DNA of 64,000 nucleotides from NCBI RefSeq assembly GCF_056712565.1, contig NZ_CM160072.1; one strand, 5' to 3'. Shown piece by piece: positions 10,287 to 19,481 of this stretch (position 1 is its first letter; each line of letters starts with the position of its first letter). The notes under the pieces were generated by a model. It saw only the letters and a program-made list of their open reading frames with translations, ran no database searches and was not told where the DNA came from. The position numbers and the translations under genes were made by a program.

Positions 10287-13200
10287 CTAAATCGGCCCTA
10301 TCGCACCATTAGGATGTTCACTGTATAACTCTTGAAATTCGCTTAATAACGGTTGATAAGGTTCGCCGCAGTCTGATTTGCTGACATCATTTTTTGCTGC
10401 CGTATTCAAAGAAAGCCATGATTCATTATTAGCCATGGTTGACTGCCCCGCTGGATGCTCGGCAGTAAGCAATGGCCGCTTAAAGGCAATTCCCGACCGG
10501 GTAGTAAACGTTTCAGGCATATGCCCCCAGTAACTTGCCAGTGGCGTATCCGAGCTGGTTATGACGGTAAACATGACCGGTAATTTGTTGGATTCTATCG
10601 TCAGCTGATACAACTGGGCGTACATATTGGTTACCAGGCCCATAGAATCATCTTGTTTTACCGTAAAGGAGGTAGTCCCGTCCGCGCCAGTCACCCCATA
10701 AAGCAGGCTTGAAGAACTATTCATCCTCGCAGAAGCGCCTGCCGCGTTAATTACCGTAATCGACTTATTTATCATCTCGGCATTTTGACGGTTCTTCGAG
10801 CCTTCACGTCTGAGAATAAAGGGGACATTGGGCACGCTATTTCCCTGCGCATTTTTAGTCACCACGCGAATCACCGCGTCTTCGCCTTTTTTCACTTTCA
10901 ACGCACTCAAGGTGTCGTCAACTTTGACAAATTGCGCCGTATCATTCGCCTCAACAATGATCTGACTGGCAACGGCGACAGGCGTGGTCCGGCAGCTCAG
11001 TAATGCACCACCAGATGAGGGCATCTGCGTTTCATCTCCTGTCTTCAGCGAAACGACATCATACGTAAAGGTTTGAGTGAACGTATCTGCAACGGTATTC
11101 GAGATATAGAACCTCGACACTGGCCAGCCAATAGCGTCATGTAATGCGCTACTCCCCTGGTGCGCATAAATGGCCCTAAGTTCATTGTCAGTTGGAACAT
11201 ACTCCGCGCCACAACCATTTATCGAGGTATCGTTAGCCTGGCCCGACGGGAACGTAGACCAGGCCTCCCCCTCTTCCACCAGGGTACCGATACTGGTGGT
11301 AGCACTATTCTCGTCCCTCAGCAAAGGCCTTCGATAAATAAGACCGTCATCGCCTGTCGCCGTTTCAGCCATATGCCCCCAGAATTTGGCTTTTGGCGAA
11401 TCCGGGCTGGTAAGCACCGTAAAGACAACGGGAAGCGTCGATTTAGTGCTGCTGGAGGAATCCAACGCTGCCGTGAGTTCTGTTTTTAGCCCGGTAGTCT
11501 GGTCTTGCTTCAATGTGAAAGTGGTGGTGCCATCAGCCCCCGTCACGCCATAAATAACCAGGGTCGTTGAAAGAAAATCATTTTGAGTATTTCCCCAGGC
11601 ATCCGTTACCGCCAGTGAAGCAATCGACGTCGTAGTTGACACATTGGCCCTGTTCACGCTGGTGTTTCGTTTGAGGGTAAATGCGGTATTTCCCACAGGC
11701 TTACCCTGCGCATCTTTAGTGGTCACTCGTAATACGGCTTCTTCACCCTTTTTCACTTTGACAACATTATTCATACGGTCAAATTTTGTGAGGTCTGCAG
11801 CTTCAAGAACGATTTGGCTTGCCTTAACAATCGGCGTCGTCTGGCAGGTAAGCAGTTCTTTTGTGGCAGATGGAATTATCGAACTGGTGCCTGAACTGAG
11901 ATTGACGGCCTTGAAGTCACGCTGTTCCAGGCTACTACTACCTGTCGTGCTGGAAAGGTAACTTGAGGCGACGGGCCAGCCCTGAACCGTTTTCATCGCA
12001 TTTCCGCGGTTGGCTTCATACAATGACTCCAGCCCGGCCTGAGAGGGAACATATTCACTACCACAACCATTAGAGGATGTGCTTATAGCCTGAGCTTGGG
12101 TAAATTGCGCCCAGTCTTCATTATCTTCCGCAATCGCTGTTCGACCCGACGTACTGGATAACTCTTTCAACAATAATGGGCGTTTAAAGACCGCTCCATC
12201 TGCAGCCGTCACTGTTTCAGGCATATGCCCCCACATTTTCGCCTTATCGCTGTCCGGACTGGTTACAACGGTAAAAATGGTATCGAGGGTCGCTTTTTTC
12301 GTTGTATCTGAATAGAGCCTAGCGGTCAGCGACGTTTTCGTGCCATGGGTATCCGGGCGGGTAATAGTGAGAATTTTAGTTCCGTCGCTGCCGGTCATGG
12401 CGCTGTATGCTGCAGCGGTATTATTAAGCGAAGTTTCGTCCGCCAGGCCACCATTGACCACAACCGGCGCAACCAGCGCATCACTGCTACCAGCAACGTG
12501 TTTTTCCTCTGAGCGGGTATAACCATCGCCACGTTTCAGGGTAAAGGGTATATCACCCAATGGATTGCCCTGCGCATCTTTTACCGTCACCTTTACCTGT
12601 AGCGTTTCGCCTTTTTTCAGCTTCGCCGCATTTGCAGCCGCGTTCCACTGCGCCGGATCCACCACTTCCAGCGTAATGCTACTGGCAGGATTGTTAGCCG
12701 TCGTCAGGCAACTGACATAAACCGCCGTGCTACCGCCAACGGTCCGCGCCCCATCGTTGAGGGCTATGGTGTAATAATGCGGTACCTGATCTGCGGGCGA
12801 ACTGCTCCAGTAGGGCTGACGCTGCGTTGGCCAGCCGTGTACTGTCTGTACACCGTCACCGTTATTGGCATCATAGAGCGCGCTAAGCTGAGAACGGCGT
12901 GGGAGCATATTGGCGCCACAGCCACCTTTACTGGTGCTGGAGGCGTTGGCCTGGCTGACTCGCGACCAGACTTCGTTATTTTCCGTTAATGTGCCGTCCG
13001 GACTGAACACTTCCGCAGCCAGTCGGGGTCGGGCAAAGGTTAAAGCATCGACGGTAATCGTCTCATCCATATGCCCCCACATCTGCGCGCCAACCGCATC
13101 CGGACTGGTGAGCGTAGTGAAAATCACATTGTAATTAACAGTATTGGGAATATAGGAGTTCACAGGCACAATATTTAGCGGCGTCGATAAGCCCACACCT

Positions 13201-15665
13201 TGCGATTGCTTAATTTCCACAGTCGCAAAACCCTGCGCATCCGTAGTACCGGCATAGACTAAAGACGGTTGCGATGTTCCGTAGAGTGTGCCATTCATCT
13301 CGATTGCGCCGCGGGTTGGATCATCAAAACCTGTAGTCTGCCCCTGACGATTTTTCCCCATATCTTTAGTAATGGTGAACGCGGTATACGGCACGGGTGC
13401 ATTATTCAAGGCATTAAAGGTGCGTACCGTCATGGTGATCGTGTCACCCACTTTGGCCTGCGCTCTGCTGCCTGCGGAAACATCACGATCGGTGGTCGCG
13501 GCAATCTGGGCGACCATCTCATTGCCCGAACAAGAGAGATAGTTTTGCTTAAAGCCGGAATAGGTGTCGATGTTGCCCGTGGCCAGGTTTACCGACGCGT
13601 GCGACGTCTCTTCCACCGCACTAAGATACGCTTTTTGCAACGTTGGCCAGCCATATTCGGTGCCGATGGCATTGGCTGGATGAGCGGCAAACAAACTGTG
13701 CAATGAACTTTGGCTCGGAATATGACCTAAACCACACTCAGCCTGCATACTGCTATTCTGATCAAACAGCGCCCAGTCTTCGTTATTTTCCCGCACCGAT
13801 CCCTGTTCGTTGTCGGTTTCATCCGCCAGCCGTGGGCGTTTAAAGATATTGTTCGCTTCAATAATGCCCAACATATGGCCCCACATCCGCGCTTTGTCGG
13901 TATCGGGGCTGGTGATCACCGTAAAAATAACGTCTTTCTCATCCGAGGCAGTAAAATCACTGCGCATTCTCGCGGTGATGTGAGTTTTCACCCCCACGCC
14001 GCCTGGCTGGGTCAGCGTCAGAGTGGCCTCTCCGTTAGCATCAGTGCTCCCTTCATAGGTATGGGCGTCAACTTTGCGAACGTTACTGCCGCCATCAATT
14101 TGTACCGGATGCGTCTCCCACGCGGCGTCAGTTTGATTCTTACGGTTAATGCCGTCATCCAGATGCAGCGAAAAGTAGTAGTAAGCCAGCGGCTGATCGT
14201 TGTTCTTGCTATCGGTAATCGTCAGACGTAAAGAAGCCTCTTCCCCCACCTTTACTTTCATCGCTTTTATCGTCGAATCATAGCTGCCCGGCGTCAGTAC
14301 CAGCTTCGGTTCAACATCGGGCGCTTCTTTATCGACACAGCTCACAATAAACGTCGTATCGTCCGGTTTTTGCGCTTCGCTGCGGTTCGAAACATCCGCC
14401 GCATGGTGCTGGCCGCTCATCCCCGCCAGTGATGACCAGTAGAAATTACCCTGCATCGGCCAACCAGCCACATCCTGCACTGACGTTGGCACCACCGTCG
14501 CCAGCGCACCGAACTGACGCATTCCGGGCAAAATGTCGCAATGTTTATCCGCGCCGCTCCAGGTAAAGGTGGACCAGGTTTCATTGTGATCGTTAACCGT
14601 ACCGCCTTCATTATCGACTTCCGCCGCCAGTTTTGGTCGACTAAAAGTGTAATCACGGGCCTTCAGCGTATCGGGCATATGACCCCACATTGTAGCCTGC
14701 GGAACATCCGGGCTGGTGAGGACGGTAAAGATCACTGCCGTTTCACTGGCCTGAGCAATACCCGCGAGGCTCGCGACCAACGGCGTTTTTACACCAGGGC
14801 CGTTGGCCTGGGTGACCGTAACCGTGGCAACACCATTCGCATCGGTAGTACCACGATATTCCGTCGCGGTGGTGGTTAATTCGGTCGTGCCCAGTTTTAC
14901 AGGCGCAGTATTGTTCACCACACCCTGGCGGTTTTCAGCATCTTTGCGTTTGATAACAAAAGGAATATTCCCCACAACATTACCGACGCAATCTTTGGTG
15001 GTGACCGTTAACGTGATACTGCCCCCAACCGTCATTTTCGCCGCACCTGAGGATTCGTCATAGCCCGCAGCGCTGACGGAAATAAGGTCACCCTGCGCGG
15101 GCGCAATCTTCAGCGTCACTTTCTGATCGGCGAGCATCAGAACACTTTCATAGGGATAGCCCGTCGAGGTGAGTAAATATAACAGCGGCATGGTCTGCTG
15201 GGGATCAGGCTGCGCCCAGGCGACCAGCGAACGCCCGGCAAGTCCCTGTGCACAAAACGAGCGATCTGCGACTGGCTGTGGGTCCAGTAAGGTGTCCGGC
15301 GTGGCGGCATCCGCCCAAACTAAAGATACAGCCGGTGGCGTTTGGTTTTCCCAACGTGGGGTGGCAATGATATCGCCTTCTCTGTCTTGCGGGTTGGTGA
15401 CGAGCAATTTAGAGACGCTAACATCCGCGTTGAATTCACTCGGTTTAGCGGTAAACGCTACCTCATGCGTCTTTGTAGGATCGAGAAAGACACTGCCCTG
15501 GTAGACGGGTATGCTGGCGCTGTCGGCGGTGGGCACGGTACCGTTAAATTCGCCGACCGTATCTGAAGAGTCTTGCCATGCAGATTCTGCCCATGACCAC
15601 CCAGGCAGCATTGCGCTTATCAGCAATGCGCATAACACAAGGATTTTATTCAGGGTCAGGGACAT
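10287..15665 (-). CDS. ratA: N-terminal segment of the giant RatA-like secreted Ig-like repeat protein, ended prematurely by a frameshift
   Basis: ATG at 15663-15665 with GGTGGAG upstream. Sec-type signal peptide [28 protein letters not shown]. 1792 aa containing 6 repeat modules, each a Big-like beta-sandwich stretch (KVKKGE...TLKR...TGADG...FT.KQ) followed by FTV.TSPD..KA..WGHM....F.RP.L..E. Ends ...[14 protein letters not shown] in mid-module. Confidence 0.75.
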   Translation of the reverse strand: MSLTLNKILVLCALLISAMLPGWSWAESAWQDSSDTVGEFNGTVPTADSASIPVYQGSVFLDPTKTHEVAFTAKPSEFNADVSVSKLLVTNPQDREGDIIATPRWENQTPPAVSLVWADAATPDTLLDPQPVADRSFCAQGLAGRSLVAWAQPDPQQTMPLLYLLTSTGYPYESVLMLADQKVTLKIAPAQGDLISVSAAGYDESSGAAKMTVGGSITLTVTTKDCVGNVVGNIPFVIKRKDAENRQGVVNNTAPVKLGTTELTTTATEYRGTTDANGVATVTVTQANGPGVKTPLVASLAGIAQASETAVIFTVLTSPDVPQATMWGHMPDTLKARDYTFSRPKLAAEVDNEGGTVNDHNETWSTFTWSGADKHCDILPGMRQFGALATVVPTSVQDVAGWPMQGNFYWSSLAGMSGQHHAADVSNRSEAQKPDDTTFIVSCVDKEAPDVEPKLVLTPGSYDSTIKAMKVKVGEEASLRLTITDSKNNDQPLAYYYFSLHLDDGINRKNQTDAAWETHPVQIDGGSNVRKVDAHTYEGSTDANGEATLTLTQPGGVGVKTHITARMRSDFTASDEKDVIFTVITSPDTDKARMWGHMLGIIEANNIFKRPRLADETDNEQGSVRENNEDWALFDQNSSMQAECGLGHIPSQSSLHSLFAAHPANAIGTEYGWPTLQKAYLSAVEETSHASVNLATGNIDTYSGFKQNYLSCSGNEMVAQIAATTDRDVSAGSRAQAKVGDTITMTVRTFNALNNAPVPYTAFTITKDMGKNRQGQTTGFDDPTRGAIEMNGTLYGTSQPSLVYAGTTDAQGFATVEIKQSQGVGLSTPLNIVPVNSYIPNTVNYNVIFTTLTSPDAVGAQMWGHMDETITVDALTFARPRLAAEVFSPDGTLTENNEVWSRVSQANASSTSKGGCGANMLPRRSQLSALYDANNGDGVQTVHGWPTQRQPYWSSSPADQVPHYYTIALNDGARTVGGSTAVYVSCLTTANNPASSITLEVVDPAQWNAAANAAKLKKGETLQVKVTVKDAQGNPLGDIPFTLKRGDGYTRSEEKHVAGSSDALVAPVVVNGGLADETSLNNTAAAYSAMTGSDGTKILTITRPDTHGTKTSLTARLYSDTTKKATLDTIFTVVTSPDSDKAKMWGHMPETVTAADGAVFKRPLLLKELSSTSGRTAIAEDNEDWAQFTQAQAISTSSNGCGSEYVPSQAGLESLYEANRGNAMKTVQGWPVASSYLSSTTGSSSLEQRDFKAVNLSSGTSSIIPSATKELLTCQTTPIVKASQIVLEAADLTKFDRMNNVVKVKKGEEAVLRVTTKDAQGKPVGNTAFTLKRNTSVNRANVSTTTSIASLAVTDAWGNTQNDFLSTTLVIYGVTGADGTTTFTLKQDQTTGLKTELTAALDSSSSTKSTLPVVFTVLTSPDSPKAKFWGHMAETATGDDGLIYRRPLLRDENSATTSIGTLVEEGEAWSTFPSGQANDTSINGCGAEYVPTDNELRAIYAHQGSSALHDAIGWPVSRFYISNTVADTFTQTFTYDVVSLKTGDETQMPSSGGALLSCRTTPVAVASQIIVEANDTAQFVKVDDTLSALKVKKGEDAVIRVVTKNAQGNSVPNVPFILRREGSKNRQNAEMINKSITVINAAGASARMNSSSSLLYGVTGADGTTSFTVKQDDSMGLVTNMYAQLYQLTIESNKLPVMFTVITSSDTPLASYWGHMPETFTTRSGIAFKRPLLTAEHPAGQSTMANNESWLSLNTAAKNDVSKSDCGEPYQPLLSEFQELYSEHPNGAIGPI

Positions 15666-15712
15666 GACAGAAACTCCACCGGTTGTTAAACGGACGCTTG
15701 TCGCATCAATAT

Positions 15713-15774
15713 ATTTTGCTTAATCCGGGATTAAGCAAAATATGCGGAAACAGCATTCCCTTGCGGGAATGCTG
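15713..15774 (-). terminator. Two tandem stem-loops between the sinI-like and ratA-like genes (putative intrinsic terminator / attenuator)
   Basis: ttgcttaatcc-g-ggattaagcaa (11-bp stem) and gcattccc-ttgc-gggaatgc (8-bp stem); on the minus strand the second is followed by tgtttccgcatatttt. Confidence 0.4.
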
Positions 15775-15785
15775 CTGAGTACGCG

Positions 15786-16763
15786 TTATTTGTGTTTGTA
15801 AATAATGTGAAGTTTGTAACCCTGTACCCCGTCGCCGTTGGTCGGGATGGAAAGTGCCTCTTTTCCATCGCGCGCAGGGCCGTTAAGGTTGGTTCTGGCT
15901 TCGTCGTTGGTCGCAGGGATGACCAAATTGTTATTATCGAAGCTTGAGTTAACGATGCCACCCGAAGTGCCAAGCTGTTGGCTGCTGCCAGAAAGTACCC
16001 AACGGAAGTCATAATTGGCGGTGACGTCAGCATCGGTACCCGCATCAAACTTGCCATTTTTGTTCTCATCCGAGTACAGTTTGGCCACGTAGGTTTTGCC
16101 AAGTTCGATTGGTGTGCTACCGTTGATAAGGTTGATACTGGTACCATCAACAAAGATGGCGACTTTCAGGTTCTGGTTAACCACCGGCCCCGGTGCAACG
16201 TTATCGCTGTCGCTTCCGCCGCCGCTGGCAGTAGAAACGTCATAAAGATGCAGCGCAGTCCCGACGTTTGGCGTACCGGTCTGCGTGGTTGGCGTAATTT
16301 CAATACCGATATAACGACCACGGTCGGCATCGGTAAGAGTGTAACTGGTCACCTTCGTTACCAGCTCTTTTGGATCCCCCCCCTGCGCATCCTTGTAGCT
16401 CATCCAGCGGATAGTATCGATAGTTTTCGCGTTATCGCCCAATCCCCCAAGATCCACGTCGCCTTCGGTATCACCAATTTCCCAACTTACGGTTAATTTA
16501 TCACCCGAGTAAAGACGCTTGTCCGTTTCACTGCCTTGCGGGCGAGCGCCTTTTAGATCAGAAGTCAACGTTACACGGTCGGCATCTGTCGTAGCACTTC
16601 CCCCTTCCGAATAGAGCCACGGAATGGTCCCCTGGAAAATATTGGTTTCACCGCTGTCGACCCAGGCGCTGTCTTCAGCCAGCGCCACAGGTGCCACACA
16701 ATAACCTGCCAGTGCCAGCGCTAATGCGATCCGGGTCAGACCGCGTCTTTTATCCTGCTTCAT
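15786..16763 (-). CDS. sinI: SinI-like secreted protein, paralogous to the C-terminal region of the SinH-like protein
   Basis: ATG with strong RBS AAGGAGAG. Signal peptide MKQDKRRGLTRIALALALAGYCVAPVALA|ED. C-terminal ~90 aa (...YDFRWVLSGSS...NNLVIPATNDEA...GDGVQGYKLHIIYKHK) aligns with the C-terminus of the sinH-like product. Confidence 0.65.
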   Translation of the reverse strand: MKQDKRRGLTRIALALALAGYCVAPVALAEDSAWVDSGETNIFQGTIPWLYSEGGSATTDADRVTLTSDLKGARPQGSETDKRLYSGDKLTVSWEIGDTEGDVDLGGLGDNAKTIDTIRWMSYKDAQGGDPKELVTKVTSYTLTDADRGRYIGIEITPTTQTGTPNVGTALHLYDVSTASGGGSDSDNVAPGPVVNQNLKVAIFVDGTSINLINGSTPIELGKTYVAKLYSDENKNGKFDAGTDADVTANYDFRWVLSGSSQQLGTSGGIVNSSFDNNNLVIPATNDEARTNLNGPARDGKEALSIPTNGDGVQGYKLHIIYKHK

Positions 16764-16817
16764 TGATGCTCTCCTTAATGAACCTTCAGCGACTGGCCGA
16801 CTGGCCTTACGCCAATC

Positions 16818-18995
16818 TTATTTTTTGGTATACAGCACGCGTAAACCGTATCCCTGCAAGCCATCTCCCGCTTGTGCGCCATAGGTTTGCGCCGCTTCAC
16901 GGTTAGTGGCCGGAATCACAATGTCCTCATTGGAAGTGTTCGCCTGTGCACCCACTTCACCATTGATGCTCTTGCCGGTAAATTCCCACTTGTAGTCGTA
17001 CTGCACCATCTCTTCGTCAGTCAGTTTTTCGACCTGCTGGAAGACACCGTCTTTATTGTTGTCGCGCCACAAAACAAATCGATAAGTGTTGTTGAGCGGC
17101 AACGGTTCTTTATCTTTACCTATCAGGTTGCTGGGTTTAGCCGCCCCCACACGATAGATAAAAGCATTTAGCCCACCAATTTCTGCCCCGAGGAAAGTGA
17201 CATCCACATAGTTACTGTCATCGTAGGGCGCGGCTTTTGCTTTCCAGCGATAGGTGCCGGGTAAGGTACTGGAGAGGGTGACAGTGCCCTTTTCTTTATC
17301 TTGTTTAGCGATAAAAACGCAGGGGTTGTCGGTCGAGCAAGGCTTGTTGGTTAACGTCACTCGTTTGTCCTGCGCGTCGTAAAGCTGCGGCGTGAGGTTA
17401 TCTTCCGGCAGCGCATCGCCATTGCGGTCGGTGTTATCGCCAAAGCTGTCGGTTACATCGAGATCCATCACCACACCATCAACGCCATCTGCCTGAGCGC
17501 TGGCTTCGTGGCTGTGGTTGTTCTCTTCTGGCACGTTCGCGATGTTATTAACAATCAACTCTATTTTACGGTCCTGCTGAACGGTGATTTCCACCACGCC
17601 AGAGTTCTGCCGATTGCCCTTTTCATCTTCCAGCGCCAGACGTACTCGCCAGGTATTGAGTTTTTCTTGTTCGGCTTGATCGGAACTGTACTGCCAGGCG
17701 GGCAGCACCAGGTTCCAGTGGTTATTGTTACCCTCTGTCAGGGTATTCTCTTTGATAACCGGCATCACCAGCGTGCGGGCAGCATTGTTTTTCGCCTGCC
17801 AGGAGGCAGCAACGATTTTGTAGTGATGGTTAATGAGCGCGTTAATGGTCCATTTACATTTTTCCAGCCCGATAGCTTCTTCAGGCGTATCTTTAATCAC
17901 GCACTCGGGATGTTCATTCGTGACGTCGGCTTTCAGCCACAAAGTGACATAGAGGGGATCTTTCTCTTTGTATTCCAGAACAATAAAGTTGTTACGTTCA
18001 ACAAAGTCATGACGGCTACCCATGAGCGAGTGAGCCGCGCTCACTTTGTCAGGATCAAGCTGGTCTTTGAGCGGGACGCCAAACTGGTAGTTCAGCGTTG
18101 CGTTAACAGAAAGATCGGTATTATCGCCAGTGCCAGCTTTGAAATCTGTACCGACAACAATGAGCGGAACGGGCTGGTATTTCACACCCAGCGTGACAGC
18201 GAAGGGATCTTTCTCCAGACTATCGGTACCAAAAAGCGCGACTTCATTCCCATAATATTGTTCGAAGACAATTTTTCCGCCAAGCTGCGGGTAAGCGGGT
18301 AGCCAGGCTTCAGCGCGAATATCCCAGCCGCGCGCAGGGCGTTCTTCATAAAAGTCGAAATCTTCAGAGTCTTTCCAGTCAGAAAGTGGGTGATAATAGT
18401 TGCCTGAGAATTTTAAATAATCCGTCCAGGCTTCGGCGCCTAAACCTAAACGGCGATGTCCACGGGTAAAGTCATAATCATAAAATATATTTCCACCCAA
18501 TAGATATTTATCAAAATTATACCTTACCCCAAGGCCAATATTCCCGATCGTACGATCTTCTTTTCGTTGCGCAGAAAATTGGCTGAAATAAACAGTGGTT
18601 TGATTATCGTACCAGGGAACAAAATAATCGATGGAACTGCCATCCAGATCGCCGCCCTGACCAATGGAGAGGTTCGAACGGACCTTACCGTAGGGAGAGA
18701 GTGTGTCTTCAATATAAGATTGTGCGGTTGAGGTGATTTGACTTTGCAGATAGCTTCTGGCCTGAGATTTCAGCGCCTCAGGGGTCAAGTTTTCAAACCC
18801 TTGCGTGGCGGAGTTGATGACGTAATCGGCTCCGCGCTCTTTCAGCGATTTACCCTTGTTGGTTTGTTCATCCTGTTGTGCTGCCTGGCTACCTAAATCA
18901 GGTAACGATTCGTTTTGCTTAACATTTATCTCTGGCGCCGCGAAAGCAGCACCAGAGATAAATGTTAGAATAATACAGCGTTTCCATCGCAGCAT
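16818..18995 (-). CDS. sinH: Intimin/invasin-family inverse autotransporter adhesin (SinH-like)
   Basis: ATG at 18993-18995 preceded by AGGGA; the track ORF starts 10 codons earlier at TTG. Signal peptide MLRWKRCIILTFISGAAFA|AP. Residues ~150-400 (IGNIGLGVRYNFDKYLLGGNIFYDYDF...GLGAEAW...WDIRAEAWLPAY...) resemble the inverse-autotransporter beta-barrel, followed by extracellular passenger domains. Confidence 0.7.
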   Translation of the reverse strand: MLRWKRCIILTFISGAAFAAPEINVKQNESLPDLGSQAAQQDEQTNKGKSLKERGADYVINSATQGFENLTPEALKSQARSYLQSQITSTAQSYIEDTLSPYGKVRSNLSIGQGGDLDGSSIDYFVPWYDNQTTVYFSQFSAQRKEDRTIGNIGLGVRYNFDKYLLGGNIFYDYDFTRGHRRLGLGAEAWTDYLKFSGNYYHPLSDWKDSEDFDFYEERPARGWDIRAEAWLPAYPQLGGKIVFEQYYGNEVALFGTDSLEKDPFAVTLGVKYQPVPLIVVGTDFKAGTGDNTDLSVNATLNYQFGVPLKDQLDPDKVSAAHSLMGSRHDFVERNNFIVLEYKEKDPLYVTLWLKADVTNEHPECVIKDTPEEAIGLEKCKWTINALINHHYKIVAASWQAKNNAARTLVMPVIKENTLTEGNNNHWNLVLPAWQYSSDQAEQEKLNTWRVRLALEDEKGNRQNSGVVEITVQQDRKIELIVNNIANVPEENNHSHEASAQADGVDGVVMDLDVTDSFGDNTDRNGDALPEDNLTPQLYDAQDKRVTLTNKPCSTDNPCVFIAKQDKEKGTVTLSSTLPGTYRWKAKAAPYDDSNYVDVTFLGAEIGGLNAFIYRVGAAKPSNLIGKDKEPLPLNNTYRFVLWRDNNKDGVFQQVEKLTDEEMVQYDYKWEFTGKSINGEVGAQANTSNEDIVIPATNREAAQTYGAQAGDGLQGYGLRVLYTKK

Positions 18996-19203
18996 GCACT
19001 TTCCCTGTGACAATGATACAGTCAAAAATAAGCTTTAATATTGTATCCCTGATTATTCAGAAAGGCATGTCATAAAGAGTAAATATATTCTTAATTATTT
19101 AAATTAGTGATTTCACTCAAATACATTAGTTATTCCACTAATAACAGATTGTTTATCATTCATATATTAAATATAAATGATAAAACAATACATTCACATG
19201 ATA

Positions 19204-19419
19204 TTAAGCAATAATAAATTCAACGCGTTTTTTAGATATTAAACCGTGCCCATGTTGGCAGAAATAATCCACAGCACCACAAGCTTTTAACACTTGTAAC
19301 GCCTGATGACACTCAGGGCAAAGTGCCTGGACGGTAAAGTTTTTGTCGCAAGTTGCACAGTGAGCAGTCTCGCCATTGCGTTCGAGAGGGGTTTTGCAGG
19401 TTGGACAGTTGAGTGCCAT
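19204..19419 (-). CDS. yfgJ: Zinc-ribbon protein YfgJ
   Basis: 71 aa with two CxxC pairs (CPTC...CATC, CPEC...), ATG with GAGGAG RBS; conserved position upstream of der. Confidence 0.8.
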   Translation of the reverse strand: MALNCPTCKTPLERNGETAHCATCDKNFTVQALCPECHQALQVLKACGAVDYFCQHGHGLISKKRVEFIIA

Positions 19420-19481
19420 AAATACTCCTCGCGTGTTATTCGGCTTCCCTCTCCGTGTGGAAAGGGAAACCAGATAAGTGA

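Larger units (their letters stand above)
7615..15665 (-). pseudogene. ratA: Full-length ratA-like gene (about 2,683 codons if restored) disrupted by a 1-bp frameshift in a CCC tract near 10296-10298
   Basis: The two ORFs overlap by about 22 nt in different frames. Adding one G to ataGGGccg (minus strand) gives continuous ...[19 protein letters not shown]..., which matches the internal repeat consensus ...HPGGTILTDLGLP... Confidence 0.55.
7579..19203. other. Accessory genomic island (about 11.6 kb) between xseA and yfgJ carrying sinH-like, sinI-like and ratA-like genes (CS54-type locus)
   Basis: Three large minus-strand genes for secreted / outer-membrane proteins lie between two genes that I recall as near-adjacent in E. 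coli K-12. The upstream region 19026-19203 is very AT-rich. Confidence 0.6.

Noticed and set aside
10280-10312. Programmed ribosomal frameshift joining the two ratA-like ORFs
   Set aside because: No slippery heptamer or downstream stimulatory structure is evident; a simple 1-bp indel in a CCC tract is the more economical explanation.
8621-15566. Numerous 60-170-aa plus-strand ORFs inside the ratA-like gene (e.g. 13269..13706, 13875..14231)
   Set aside because: All lie antisense to a long, repeat-structured, signal-peptide-bearing ORF; no RBS or conservation evidence.
17508-18302. 264-aa plus-strand ORF
   Set aside because: Antisense to the sinH-like gene.
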